In this document: positions 1 to 11,280 of the stretch, piece after piece
How the letters are laid out: each line of letters opens with the position of its first letter
Position numbering within the stretch: the first letter of the stretch is position 1
DNA from: a virus
IMG/VR virus record: IMGVR_UViG_3300044535_002275
Location: 32,001-96,000 of that record
Direction: 5' to 3' (one strand)
DNA length: 64,000 bases
Made by a program: the position numbers and the translations under genes
Notes under the pieces: generated by a model
What the model was told of the DNA's origin: nothing
What the model saw: only the letters and a program-made list of their open reading frames with translations
Databases searched by the model: none

Positions 1-3000
1 TTGGTCTTCCTTAACGGCAGCTTATTAACTAAAGATTATGAATATATCGTATCAGATGATTCACCAACATTAACTATTACAGCGCCATTGGCCATTGGAG
101 ACTCCATCAGAATTAGAGAATATCCAACAACTTACGGCAGTTATGTACCCAACACTCCTACAAAGATAGGATTGTATCCATCATTTAAACCTGCTATTTA
201 CATAGACGAAACTTACCTGTCTCCGCGTGCAGTGATTCGAGGACACGACGGGTCTATTACCGTAGCATTTTCAGATGTAAGAGATCAGGTTCTGTTGGAA
301 TTTGAAACTAGAATATTCAATAATTTAAAGATACAATCGACAGTGCCATTGGTTGCTGCAGATGTTACACCGGGCCAATTTAGAACAACAGATTATACAC
401 TAACTGAAATCAACCAGATTCTGTCTACGGATTTTTTAAGTTGGATTGGATGGAACAAGCTAGATTATACATCGCAGACGTATCTGGAAAATAATCCTTT
501 TACCTATAACTATAGTCAGAGTGCCAATGTTTTAACAAAAGCACCATCGATTGGCGCATGGAGAGGGATTTATAACTATTTTTACGATACCTATACTCCC
601 AACACAACACCCTGGGAAATGCTAGGACTGGCAGAAGAACCCAGTTGGTGGCAGGAAGAATACGGTCCAGGTCCTTATACCAGTGGTAACACAGTTCTTT
701 GGGACGACCTTGCTGCCGGTATCATCCGAGATCCGCAAGGAGCATATATTGATCCTCGATACGTGCGTCCAGAATTGCTGTCGGTGTTGCCGGTAGGTTC
801 CGAAGGAGAACTGTTGAATCCGTTGGATTGTACAGTTGGTAATTTTGATGCCACCAGCTTCCGTAGAAGTTGGGTGTTTGGCGACGACGGACCAGTTGAA
901 AATGCCTGGCGCACTTCCAGCGCATGGCCTTTTGCTGTCATGCGATTATTGGCATTAACAAATCCTGCTAAGTTTTTTAGTTTGTTTGCCGACAGAGATC
1001 GTTATGTTTACAATCCAGCAATTGAACAATTTCTCTGGGACGGAAGATACCGTCTTGATGCCAAAAAGCTGACACCTTTGTACGGTAATGGTGTCAGCAA
1101 AGCCAGTTATCTTGACTGGATTATCGATTACAATCGACAGTTAGGACTTAACAGTACTAACAAACTTACATTAACATTAAACAATATTGATGTCAGATTA
1201 TGCTGGAGAACCGGTTCGTTCACTGACAAACGCTACTTGAAAATTCTAACCGAACGTTCAGCCCCGGATAGTCAAAACACCAGTTTTGTGCTGCCAGACG
1301 AAAGTTATCAGTTATTACTGTACAAAAATCAGCCGTTTGAACGTATAATTTACAGTTCGGTGGTGGTACAAAAAACTGAATCCGGTTATGTGGTCTTGGG
1401 CTATAGCAATCAAGATCCATATTTTGAAGCATTAGTGTCTCGCCCTGGTCCCAACTCAGTTGATATTGCCGCTGGTAATGTATCAGTTAGACTGTCAACT
1501 GATTATACAGATAACACAGTGCGTATACCTTACGGATTTGAGTTTTCTAATACAACTGGTGTATGTGATTTCCTAGCCGGCTATGGACAACTGCTGGAAC
1601 AACAAGGCTTGATATTTGAAAACAGAGAAAATGGTTACACTTTAAATTGGTTGCAAATGGCCCAGGAATTTCTGTACTGGACACAGCAGGGTTGGGCAGT
1701 CGGCTCCATTATTAATTTAAATCCTGCAGCAACTAGTATATCGATTGAAAGGCCTCAAGCTGTAGTCGATAGTATTAATACCTACACCCCTGAGAATATT
1801 ATTCTGAATCAGAATCGTCAAGCCTTGCCGGTATCTGAATTAATTGTTGATAGACTGGATAACTTATTTCGTGTAACTACTACAACTTCTAATACCATCA
1901 ATTATATACAATTAAAGTTTACTGCGTTTGAACATCTAGTTGTTATTGATAACCGCAGTATATTTGCTGACTTGATTTATCAGCCAGTGACCGGTGTAAG
2001 ACAAAGTCGTGTGCTAGTGTCAGGATGGCTCAGTGGCGACTGGACCGGCAGACTTAATGCTCCTGGCTTTATTCTCAATCAAGACAACATCGTAGAATGG
2101 GTACCAAATCGAAAATATGCCAAGGGCGAAATTGTTCTGTTTAAAAATGAATATTGGGCAGCTGGTACTATTATTCAGCCCAGCCAGCAGTTTAATTACA
2201 ACGAGTGGGTCAAGAGCGATTACGCAGATATACAGAAAGGGTTGTTGCCTAATGCCGCTAATGCCAGTGATCAATTATCCACAGCTTACAGCGTGTACGA
2301 TGCTAATCTCGAAAGCGAAGTTGACTTGTTTAGTTACGGATTAATCGGATTCCGACCAAGAGAATATATGCAGGCACTGAATCTTGACGACGTTAGTCAG
2401 GTCAATCTATATCAGCAATTCTTAAAGTCCAAAGGTACACTTCAAAGTGCTGAATTATTCAGCTTGGCTGACCTTGGCAAGGAAACCGCTGAGTATAACA
2501 TATATGAATATTGGGCTATTCTGCGCAGCGCATACGGAGCCACAGCCAACCGTAGTTATTTTGAACTATTACTTAATCAAGCGTTATTGCCAAGCGATCC
2601 TAGTTTGGTGCAAGTAGTATTACCAGGACAAGAATCTCCAGCAGATCAGGCAATACTGCTGCAAAACGTCTGGAAGTCATCGACTAAGTTGACATCACCT
2701 AACATTCTACCTACCTCAGTTCCTGCAGAGACAGACCGTAATTTACCATCGGCTGGTTATCCCAATCTTGAGGACGTTGATATCACAGCATTTGATTTAG
2801 TTGCTGTTGAAAATAGCGATGCGTTAATAGGTGACATAGGTGTTGGTACTACTATCTGGGTAGCCAAGGTCAATAATTACGATTGGAATGTGTACAGAGC
2901 TCAATTGGTAAATGCTGGAATTACACAAGTTTCTGACAATCTTGAGGGACGAGCACTGGTTGAATTTGACTCAGTTCACGGACTGACAACCGGCGATCTA

Positions 3001-6000
3001 TTGGTCATCAAGTTTTTCAATGACGAGATTAACGGAATATATCGTGTTGGTGCAATTCCTAGCATAACAACATTGTTGATTGATTATGTATTCACCGGAT
3101 TACAAACTACCTTCACTGGAACTGGGATTGGATTTACTTTAGAAACTGCCAGAGTCTCCCAGGCTTCTGACATTGTTAATTTACCTTATGCCAAACAATT
3201 ACCGCCAGGCGTGCGTATATGGGTCGACAACAACGGGAACGGACGTTGGACAGTGATCGAAAAAACTGATCCATTTACCTCACCTTTTACAGTGGTCCCA
3301 GACGCTATAGTAGAAAATTCTAGATTCGGAGCTAGTGTTGCTCAAGGATTCCAAAATCTAAGTTCATTGGTAGGTGCTCCGGGATACAATCCTAGTGGTC
3401 TAGCAGCAGCCCCGGGTGCTGTTTATACCTATGTCAAAACTGATGCCAATACTTACAAACAAAATTCAATATTACAATTAGGTACAACAGGAACTGCCGG
3501 TTATGGTAATGCCATCGACATGGGAGATCAGCAATGGGCAATAATTGGAGCCAGTGACAGTTTAAGCGGTCAGGGCTATGCTTCGATAGTTTATAGAAAT
3601 CCTGCTTCTAATGTATTCCAGCAGTGGCAAATTTTGTCTATAGACTCTGGTAGTATAGTAACTGCTGCCGACGAGTTTGGCTACTCAGTAACTATGAGCC
3701 AAGACGAACGTTGGATTTATGTCGGTGCTCCAGCTGGTAATCGTGTATATGCATACGGCCGTGTAGATTATCAGACACAATCTGTAGAATATATTGCTGG
3801 TGCAAGTCAAAACTTGTACAACTATACAGATCATATTGTGATCGACATCGACGATCAAATTGTTGTTGCCAATGGAACAGTTTTATTGACATTGGGAATT
3901 GATTATCTGGTATCGGGTCAGAACATAGCATTTCCTGTGCCACCCTTGGCTGGTTCTCTTATTACAATCAGTCGTAGAAACTCTGCTAGCTTCCTAGGCG
4001 ACGGCAGCACAACATCATTTAATTTAGATATGTTGTATTCTGCTACTAATGATTATAGCGTGTCTGTTGAAGTAGATGGCATATTACAGCGTCCGGTAAC
4101 TGATTACTCAGTGGACGGATCAAAAAATCTTGTGTTTGTTGCTGCACCAGTTGATCAATCTGAAATTTTTGTCCGCGCTCAAACATATTTTACGCCTGTT
4201 GCAACTATCACAGCATCTGGTTTGTCGGCATCCGACAGATTTGGGCACAGCATCAGCACAACCACAGACGGACGTCATTTACTAGTAGGTGCTCCAGATC
4301 GTACTTACACCGATCCTGTTACAAGCGAAGTCTATGTTGAAGCTGGGGCTGTTTATGTATTCGACCGATCTGCACAAAATTTTCAAGTCACAGATGCATC
4401 TGATCAAACTTACACAACTGAGTTACCGTTGGTAACACCAACGCAAGTATTGTTAAACAATGCTGCATTAATCAACTCATCTGGATCTATCGGAGGACAA
4501 TATTCAACAGCCGGTCAGACAGTTACTGTTACAGCTAGCCTTTCTGTAGGCGATATTATTTCAGTTGAAACTAATCAGTTTAATCTTGTACAAGTAATAC
4601 GTTCAGATCAGGTTGACGCAGGATCTAAGTTTGGTTACAAGGTTGACCAATGCGTAAATGACTGTAGTTTATACGTGGGTTCTCCGTTTGCTGATTCTGT
4701 GTTGCCCGAATCAGGCAAGGTTGAATTTAATATCAATCAATCTAGATTTTACGGAACTATAACTAGTACAATTGCTAATCCAACATTAACTACGGGAGAT
4801 TTTGTACGTATTAATAACTTCTTTGTAGAAATCACCGGTACTACTATCGAACAGCTGGTTGAAGATATCAATAATGCAGCTTTGCCTAACGTGCAAGCAA
4901 GTTCTACACCAAATCTTACATTAATTGCCAATGGAACTACTAAATCTTTTGATGTTGGGTCAATTTATTCTGCTGCTGAGTCGTACACTACAGTAGTTTA
5001 TGTCAATGATGTTTTACAGACAAGCGGAGTTAACTACAACTACAGTTCTGCAACTCAACAAATTACATTTACTATAGCACCAGAATCTGGAAGCCGTATT
5101 GTGGTTGTCAGTGGTCGAATAACTGTATCAGCCAAGAATGTTCAAGCAGCACCAGCATTATCAAAATTAATAGTTAGTCCAGGAACTGGAACTGCATTTA
5201 TTGACATCGGTTGGCCGATTTATGCATGGCAACAGACTATTGTTTCTCCTGTAGAACAAGATTTTGCTCACTTCGGCGAAAGTATTTTCATCAGCGACAA
5301 CACAGTTACTTTGGTAATAGGTGCACCGAATGGAACAGCAATACAGTTCGATACATTTGATAATGATACTACAACATTTGATGCTGACAGTATCACGTTC
5401 TTTGATACAGTACCTCAGAGCGGCGTAGTGTACACATACGACTACCTGCCATCTTCGACGCAATCAGTGACTAATCCTGCACAGTTTGTTTTTGGTCAAC
5501 AGATTTTTGATAATAGTATTAATTCTTTAGACCAATTTGGAGCCAGCATTGATTATACCACTGGCACACTGTTGGTAGGATCACCCGGAAGCGATTTCAG
5601 CGACAGCCAAGCCAATTATGGTCGTATTGTCGAGCTAATCAATCCAGATCAGTCATCTGCTTGGGTAGTAACACGTACTCAGCAACCGGTAGTAGACATT
5701 GATTTGCTGAACACTGTCTACATGTATGACCGCGTCAGCAACAACACCAAACAATATTTTGATTACTTTGATCCATTACAAGGCCGTTTACTGGGCGCAG
5801 TTGCACAAAACATTGACTATATAGGTGCTGTCGATCCAGCAGCTTATAACGTTGGTCCTGTTGGCAACTACGGAAGTTCGTGGACACAAGAACGTGTGGG
5901 AGAAATTTGGTGGGATATATCCACTGTTCGGTTCCTTGACACCAATCAAGATGATGTAGTTTATGCCAGCCGACGCTGGGGGCAGATATTCCCCGGTAGT

Positions 6001-9000
6001 GTAGTTAGAGTCAGCCAGTGGATTGCCAGTTCGGTACCACCAACAGAATATACTGGCCCAGGGGTTCCTGTAAACTTGTTTAGCTACGTAATTTCAACGT
6101 CGTTAAATGAACAAGGTATTTTTGGAACCACATATTATTTCTGGGTTACCGGTATCAGTACTGTCAATCGAGCTGCCAAGAAAACACTCAGTATTGAAAC
6201 TATAACTCAATATATTAATAGTCCTAAAAGCAGCGGAATTTCTTACATTGCTCCTATCAATGCCAGTACCGTGGCAATTTATAACGGACTTTCGTATATT
6301 TCTGCTGAAGATACAGTGCTACACATCGAATACGATCAACAGATCAATGACGATGCAGTACACGTTGAGTACCAGTTGGTACCTCAAGACCGAGAAGACG
6401 GCTTTTTAAGTGATAGCCTGTATTTAAAAATGCAAGACAGTTTATGCGGAGTTGATACTCAAGGAAACTTAGTTCCAGATCCCTTTCTCAGCATCAGTGA
6501 GCAATACGGCGTCCAGGCCCGGCCGCGACAAAGCATGTTTGTTAATAGATTTGCTGCACTAAGAAATTATCTTGGTCGCTCTAATACAGTACTAAAGCAG
6601 TTTCCTATTGCCGAAACTCGTAGATTTAATCTACTCAATAGTCAAGAACCAGAACCTAGTAGTTTTTCCGGAGCTTGGGATTTCCGTGTAGCTAACTATG
6701 AAGAACTAACTTATCAAAACTTATCAGAAGTTCCGTTTGGGTACAGATACTTGGTAGCAAACGACTCCACTAATCGAGGACTTTGGACCATCTATCAAAC
6801 TGTCCCTGGCGTAATTCCGGGATCCAAGGAATTGACGTTAGTGCGTGTGCAAAACTATGATACCAAACAATTTTGGAGTTATATTGATTGGTACTTGCCT
6901 GGGTACAATCCCTTAACACGTATTTTAATCGAAGTTCCTACTTATTCTGCACTAGACACTATCTCCGTTCCTAACGGTAGCAGCGTTAAGGTAACTGCAA
7001 ATGCACAAGGTAAATTCGAGATTTATCAGTATCTCAATAACGAATGGGTTCGTGTAGCATTACAGGATGGAACAATTGAGTTTTCGTCAACATTATGGAA
7101 TTATATCGAAGGTCGATTTGGGTTCGATACTGAGGTATTTGACGCACAGTTTTTCGATCAAGAACCGGTAATTGAAACTCGTAAGATTATACAAGCTATT
7201 AATCAAGAATTGTTTATCGGAGAATTATTGATTGAAAGAAACCGATTGTTGATCCTGATGTTCAATTATATTTTGAGCGAACAGCAGGCCCCGACGTGGC
7301 TGACAAAAACCAGTTTGATCGACGTCGATCATACAATTCGCGACCTAGTCCCTTTTCAGAATTATAGAAGAGACAATCAAGATTTTGTAGTTGATTATAT
7401 TAAAGAAGTCAAACCATATCACGTACAGATTCGAGAATTCAACTTGATTTATAAAGGATTCGATCAATACAATGGTACAGTAAACGATTTTGACTTGCCG
7501 GCATTCTGGGATCCTGCACAAAACTTGTTTATTAGTCCGGTTTTAGATAATGTAGGCAATTTAAGCACCACCAGCAGTTTTGCTGCTACTGATCCAATCT
7601 GGACTACATTTCCCTGGAATCAATGGTATCAAAACTATCTGTTGAGCATTGAGTCAGTTAGTGTTGTCAACGGCGGTAGTGGATACACAGTGCCACCGGT
7701 TGTAATTGTAGTAGGCGAAGCAGAAGTAACTGCTGAAATGACAGCTAGAATAAACAGTGCTGGCAGTGTGATTTCGATAGATGTTGTCAATCCAGGATCT
7801 GGTTATAGTACCACTGCGGAAATTATTCTCGAAGGCGGTAACGGAACCGGGGCACAAGCAGTTGCAGTCATGGGCAATCCATTGGTTAGAGATATTGTCA
7901 CCACAATCAAATATGATCGTTATCAATATCAAACTGACATTGTAACATGGCAATCCGGAGTTAGTTACGACAACGGAACACTGGTTCGATTTGATAACCG
8001 AGTTTGGAGTGCTAGTTCTGATGATAGTTCGGCAGTTAGCGGCGATTCATTTGATCCACAGCAATGGACTTTAGTTCCTGCTGGTAACTTAACTGGTGTT
8101 GATCGTACTATGGGCTACTACGTGCCAACAGTCAATCAGCCAGGCCTTGATTTGGCACTGTTAATATCAGGAGTTGATTATCCAGGCGTACAAGTAGCAG
8201 GTCCAAACTTTAGTCAGAACACAGGCTTTGACGTCGGAAACTTTGATATAAATCCCTTCGACAATATTGCTTTTGGACCAGAAGGATTGCCCACTTACGA
8301 TCCAGCTATTTTGGATGCTATTTACGAAAGCGAATTCACTGATCCTTACTTAGGTATTGGACCCACTGCTATTAACATTGATGGCGGAGAATTTGTAGAC
8401 ACTTATTCTAGTCATGCACCTGAAGAATTAGTTCCGGGTGCAATATTTGATACCCTGGATATTCGTGTATTCACTACTCCTGGCTCTGATTGGGTTGGTG
8501 ACGGTCATGGATTCCCTACTGCTGCTTTGAGATTCACATATCTTCCAGCTACATTGTCATACAGTTTTGACGGCTTGTTGGAAAATACAGTATCCATTAG
8601 AGTATGGAATCAGACTTTGGGGTTTGAATTAAATCCTGTTACTAATTATTCTATTAATTGGAATAATCTCAGTATCTCTATTAATTCAGGTGTGTCCAAC
8701 GGACAAATTATTGTTGTAACTGCTTATGGATTGGGCGGTGGCAATCAGTTGTATAACAATTCTTACAACGGAGTTGAGGTTGGAAATTCTCTGATACTGC
8801 CAGTGGCTACCAGTTTGATTAATGAAATGGTGATATTTGTAAACGGTCAGCTGATAACAAGCTACACCTACTCTGTCTATGAAACTTATGAAACAAGAGT
8901 TGAGTTCAGTAATACATATACCGCCAGCGACTATGTGGTTGTTTCAGTGTTGGGAGTTTCGACACCGATTGCTGGACGATCATGGAGTACACCGCAGACT

Positions 9001-10458
9001 CAATATTTCTTATCTGCAGGAGAATTGGCCTATACTTTGTCAAATAGTTTATCTGGCACAAACCCAGCTAATCTTATTGTAGAGAAAAACGGTATCAGAG
9101 CCCGACCTGCTGAAAGTGTTGAGTATATCGATGACGGCTCTAGCCTGCAATTCTATCTACCGACCAGAGGTGGATATAGTCAAGGCTTGGTATCTGACAA
9201 CGATGTAACAGTCTATATCGATAATACTCCCTTAACATTAGGCACAGAGTTTGTAGTAGATCCGTGGGACGGTGTTACTCCGCGTACAGTTACACTAACT
9301 GCACCTCCTCCGGCTGGATCAATTGTGCTAATTTCTGTGCGAACTGCTGCTCAATATTATCTGTCAGGAAATACCTTAATTTGGAAAAATTCTGGATCAC
9401 TTATTCCAGTAGCAGGAGATATTATTTCTGTTACAACATGGAATGATACTTCAGAGCAAGGCATATTAACGCAGGTGTTTGCCGGGCCCACTTCAGAAGG
9501 CGTACAAATAACACAACCGTACGATACAACAGACTTTGACCTTGCTACAGTCACAGGTGATCCAGGATCATTTGATTATAGCGAAGGTACTATTACGCAA
9601 ACTAATTCGTTTGATACTGGTAGAGAAATATTAAATTCGTCTCGGTTAGAAGTTTCGTTAGATGGCATCTATCTATTTGAAGGTATAGGATATTCAGTCA
9701 ACGGTTCTATAGTAAACATTGCTGGCGCACCAATCAGTGCTGCTCAAATTGTTGCTATCACCAGTTTTACCCAAACTGTGGTACCTGGAGAAATTGGATT
9801 TAGAATTTTCCAAGACATGAGAGGACTGCAATCTACCTATAGAATTAATGAACTAGCCACAACAGAATTAGCACAGCCTCTTTCTGCTACTGATGAAATA
9901 ATCTATGTAGTTAATGCTGAGGCTTTGGCCGAGCCTAACTTAGAACTAGGTTTATTTGGATTAATAACAATCAATGGCGAACGTATATCATATCGTACAC
10001 GAAATTTGGCAAACAACACCTTAAGCGGATTGCGTCGAGGTACTGCCGGAACTGCTGCCGACAGTCATATTTCAGGTGCCGAGGTATACGATATCGGACG
10101 AGGAGAATTGTTGCCTAGAGAAGATCAAGATTATATACAATCACAAGATTATCTAGCCAACGGAACTACTACAGTTTTTGTAACTGATGATATTGTGTTA
10201 ACTGGGCTTACGGTGGCGCAACAAAATCGTGCTGTAGAAGTCTATGTTGGTGGATTGTTGCAATCGGGCGGATACCAGGTAACTAGTGTTGCTCCAGTTG
10301 CAGTTGCATTTAATACTGCTCCTACTGCCAACTATCAAGTAACACTATTAGTGCGCCGCGGAGTCAGTTGGTATACTCCGGGTCCAGGTACTGCTAGCGA
10401 TGGTGTTCCCTTACAAGAACAGCAGACTACAGCCGCAAGGTTTATCCGTGGTGATTAA
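1..10458 (+). CDS. Giant virion structural protein (baseplate wedge/hub-like), 5'-truncated by the window edge
   Basis: Open frame of at least 3485 aa from base 1. About seven FG-GAP-like blades (RFGASV, GYGNAI, EFGYSV, RFGHSI, KFGYKV, HFGESI, QFGASI), two CBM5/12-like motifs (WVPNRKYAKGEIV, WQSGVSYDNGTLV) and many V.VNG..L...DY beta-sandwich repeats. Lies directly upstream of tail-fibre genes. Confidence 0.75.
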   Translation: MVFLNGSLLTKDYEYIVSDDSPTLTITAPLAIGDSIRIREYPTTYGSYVPNTPTKIGLYPSFKPAIYIDETYLSPRAVIRGHDGSITVAFSDVRDQVLLEFETRIFNNLKIQSTVPLVAADVTPGQFRTTDYTLTEINQILSTDFLSWIGWNKLDYTSQTYLENNPFTYNYSQSANVLTKAPSIGAWRGIYNYFYDTYTPNTTPWEMLGLAEEPSWWQEEYGPGPYTSGNTVLWDDLAAGIIRDPQGAYIDPRYVRPELLSVLPVGSEGELLNPLDCTVGNFDATSFRRSWVFGDDGPVENAWRTSSAWPFAVMRLLALTNPAKFFSLFADRDRYVYNPAIEQFLWDGRYRLDAKKLTPLYGNGVSKASYLDWIIDYNRQLGLNSTNKLTLTLNNIDVRLCWRTGSFTDKRYLKILTERSAPDSQNTSFVLPDESYQLLLYKNQPFERIIYSSVVVQKTESGYVVLGYSNQDPYFEALVSRPGPNSVDIAAGNVSVRLSTDYTDNTVRIPYGFEFSNTTGVCDFLAGYGQLLEQQGLIFENRENGYTLNWLQMAQEFLYWTQQGWAVGSIINLNPAATSISIERPQAVVDSINTYTPENIILNQNRQALPVSELIVDRLDNLFRVTTTTSNTINYIQLKFTAFEHLVVIDNRSIFADLIYQPVTGVRQSRVLVSGWLSGDWTGRLNAPGFILNQDNIVEWVPNRKYAKGEIVLFKNEYWAAGTIIQPSQQFNYNEWVKSDYADIQKGLLPNAANASDQLSTAYSVYDANLESEVDLFSYGLIGFRPREYMQALNLDDVSQVNLYQQFLKSKGTLQSAELFSLADLGKETAEYNIYEYWAILRSAYGATANRSYFELLLNQALLPSDPSLVQVVLPGQESPADQAILLQNVWKSSTKLTSPNILPTSVPAETDRNLPSAGYPNLEDVDITAFDLVAVENSDALIGDIGVGTTIWVAKVNNYDWNVYRAQLVNAGITQVSDNLEGRALVEFDSVHGLTTGDLLVIKFFNDEINGIYRVGAIPSITTLLIDYVFTGLQTTFTGTGIGFTLETARVSQASDIVNLPYAKQLPPGVRIWVDNNGNGRWTVIEKTDPFTSPFTVVPDAIVENSRFGASVAQGFQNLSSLVGAPGYNPSGLAAAPGAVYTYVKTDANTYKQNSILQLGTTGTAGYGNAIDMGDQQWAIIGASDSLSGQGYASIVYRNPASNVFQQWQILSIDSGSIVTAADEFGYSVTMSQDERWIYVGAPAGNRVYAYGRVDYQTQSVEYIAGASQNLYNYTDHIVIDIDDQIVVANGTVLLTLGIDYLVSGQNIAFPVPPLAGSLITISRRNSASFLGDGSTTSFNLDMLYSATNDYSVSVEVDGILQRPVTDYSVDGSKNLVFVAAPVDQSEIFVRAQTYFTPVATITASGLSASDRFGHSISTTTDGRHLLVGAPDRTYTDPVTSEVYVEAGAVYVFDRSAQNFQVTDASDQTYTTELPLVTPTQVLLNNAALINSSGSIGGQYSTAGQTVTVTASLSVGDIISVETNQFNLVQVIRSDQVDAGSKFGYKVDQCVNDCSLYVGSPFADSVLPESGKVEFNINQSRFYGTITSTIANPTLTTGDFVRINNFFVEITGTTIEQLVEDINNAALPNVQASSTPNLTLIANGTTKSFDVGSIYSAAESYTTVVYVNDVLQTSGVNYNYSSATQQITFTIAPESGSRIVVVSGRITVSAKNVQAAPALSKLIVSPGTGTAFIDIGWPIYAWQQTIVSPVEQDFAHFGESIFISDNTVTLVIGAPNGTAIQFDTFDNDTTTFDADSITFFDTVPQSGVVYTYDYLPSSTQSVTNPAQFVFGQQIFDNSINSLDQFGASIDYTTGTLLVGSPGSDFSDSQANYGRIVELINPDQSSAWVVTRTQQPVVDIDLLNTVYMYDRVSNNTKQYFDYFDPLQGRLLGAVAQNIDYIGAVDPAAYNVGPVGNYGSSWTQERVGEIWWDISTVRFLDTNQDDVVYASRRWGQIFPGSVVRVSQWIASSVPPTEYTGPGVPVNLFSYVISTSLNEQGIFGTTYYFWVTGISTVNRAAKKTLSIETITQYINSPKSSGISYIAPINASTVAIYNGLSYISAEDTVLHIEYDQQINDDAVHVEYQLVPQDREDGFLSDSLYLKMQDSLCGVDTQGNLVPDPFLSISEQYGVQARPRQSMFVNRFAALRNYLGRSNTVLKQFPIAETRRFNLLNSQEPEPSSFSGAWDFRVANYEELTYQNLSEVPFGYRYLVANDSTNRGLWTIYQTVPGVIPGSKELTLVRVQNYDTKQFWSYIDWYLPGYNPLTRILIEVPTYSALDTISVPNGSSVKVTANAQGKFEIYQYLNNEWVRVALQDGTIEFSSTLWNYIEGRFGFDTEVFDAQFFDQEPVIETRKIIQAINQELFIGELLIERNRLLILMFNYILSEQQAPTWLTKTSLIDVDHTIRDLVPFQNYRRDNQDFVVDYIKEVKPYHVQIREFNLIYKGFDQYNGTVNDFDLPAFWDPAQNLFISPVLDNVGNLSTTSSFAATDPIWTTFPWNQWYQNYLLSIESVSVVNGGSGYTVPPVVIVVGEAEVTAEMTARINSAGSVISIDVVNPGSGYSTTAEIILEGGNGTGAQAVAVMGNPLVRDIVTTIKYDRYQYQTDIVTWQSGVSYDNGTLVRFDNRVWSASSDDSSAVSGDSFDPQQWTLVPAGNLTGVDRTMGYYVPTVNQPGLDLALLISGVDYPGVQVAGPNFSQNTGFDVGNFDINPFDNIAFGPEGLPTYDPAILDAIYESEFTDPYLGIGPTAINIDGGEFVDTYSSHAPEELVPGAIFDTLDIRVFTTPGSDWVGDGHGFPTAALRFTYLPATLSYSFDGLLENTVSIRVWNQTLGFELNPVTNYSINWNNLSISINSGVSNGQIIVVTAYGLGGGNQLYNNSYNGVEVGNSLILPVATSLINEMVIFVNGQLITSYTYSVYETYETRVEFSNTYTASDYVVVSVLGVSTPIAGRSWSTPQTQYFLSAGELAYTLSNSLSGTNPANLIVEKNGIRARPAESVEYIDDGSSLQFYLPTRGGYSQGLVSDNDVTVYIDNTPLTLGTEFVVDPWDGVTPRTVTLTAPPPAGSIVLISVRTAAQYYLSGNTLIWKNSGSLIPVAGDIISVTTWNDTSEQGILTQVFAGPTSEGVQITQPYDTTDFDLATVTGDPGSFDYSEGTITQTNSFDTGREILNSSRLEVSLDGIYLFEGIGYSVNGSIVNIAGAPISAAQIVAITSFTQTVVPGEIGFRIFQDMRGLQSTYRINELATTELAQPLSATDEIIYVVNAEALAEPNLELGLFGLITINGERISYRTRNLANNTLSGLRRGTAGTAADSHISGAEVYDIGRGELLPREDQDYIQSQDYLANGTTTVFVTDDIVLTGLTVAQQNRAVEVYVGGLLQSGGYQVTSVAPVAVAFNTAPTANYQVTLLVRRGVSWYTPGPGTASDGVPLQEQQTTAARFIRGD

Positions 10459-10462
10459 ACAG

Positions 10463-10470
10463 CATAAATA
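10463..10470 (+). promoter_or_regulatory. T4-like late promoter motif (CATAAATA)
   Basis: TAAATA lies just upstream of ORFs here and at 11226, 11251, 41912, ~49065 and ~61495 (+), and at ~37891, ~47680, ~52874, ~53992, ~54358, ~57322 and ~59689 (-). Confidence 0.6.
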
Positions 10471-10475
10471 ATATC

Positions 10476-10628
10476 ATGAACGATAATAAAGATACTAATT
10501 CTCAGCCAGCAAAACCACAAAATTCTGTGGCCACGAAGCCCAACGAAACCGGGTCGGTGTATATTGAATCCTTTATTAAGATTCATGACCCAAATACTCA
10601 AGAAGTGTTAGTGGAGAAACGAGCATGA
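10476..10628 (+). CDS. Small 50-aa protein, paralogous to the N-terminus of the next gene (not in the ORF track)
   Basis: MNDNKDTNSQ...GSVYIESFIKIHDPNTQEVLVEKRA*; follows a late promoter and overlaps the next gene at ATGA. Confidence 0.7.
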   Translation: MNDNKDTNSQPAKPQNSVATKPNETGSVYIESFIKIHDPNTQEVLVEKRA

Positions 10629-11230
10629 TGTCTTTAGGCCCAGTGACTATAGAAGGTTTTTTAAAGATATATGACCCAAACAATGGGGAAATTTTTGTTG
10701 ACAAACACAATGCAATTCATTATGAAAATATGAGTATTGCATTGGCTCAGTCCCTGGCAAATAAAAATCTAGGCTACATCTACGCCATGGCCTTTGGCAA
10801 CGGCGGATCTAGTGTGGATCCCACTGGTGTTATTACCTATTTGCCGCCGAATGTAACAGGACAAAATGCCGATCTTTATAATCAAACTTTTATTAAAGTG
10901 GTAGATGATAATAGCCCAGCAAATACTGATCCTACACGCAACAATCTTTCTGTATTGCATACATCGGGGCGAGTTTATACTGATGTTTTAGTAACTTGTT
11001 TGTTAGATTATGGTGAACCCACTGGTCAACAGGCATTTGATAACAGCACCAATTTTAATGGTGAATATGTATTTGATGAACTGGGATTAAAAGCCTGGGA
11101 AGGGACTTCAAGTGAGTTGATGTTGATTACTCATGTTATTTTTCACCCGGTACAAAAGAGCCTTAATCGTCAAATACAGATCGACTATACTGTGCGTATA
11201 CAAACACTTACTAACCTAAGTGCGACATAA
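10625..11230 (+). CDS. Baseplate/tail-collar-like structural protein
   Basis: MAFGNGG, FDELGL and IDYTVRI motifs typical of tail-collar/baseplate proteins; structural-gene context. Confidence 0.55.
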   Translation: MMSLGPVTIEGFLKIYDPNNGEIFVDKHNAIHYENMSIALAQSLANKNLGYIYAMAFGNGGSSVDPTGVITYLPPNVTGQNADLYNQTFIKVVDDNSPANTDPTRNNLSVLHTSGRVYTDVLVTCLLDYGEPTGQQAFDNSTNFNGEYVFDELGLKAWEGTSSELMLITHVIFHPVQKSLNRQIQIDYTVRIQTLTNLSAT

Positions 11231-11280
11231 ATATGCGTATAGAAACCTACCATAAATACTGACAGGACGGAGTAAAGAAA

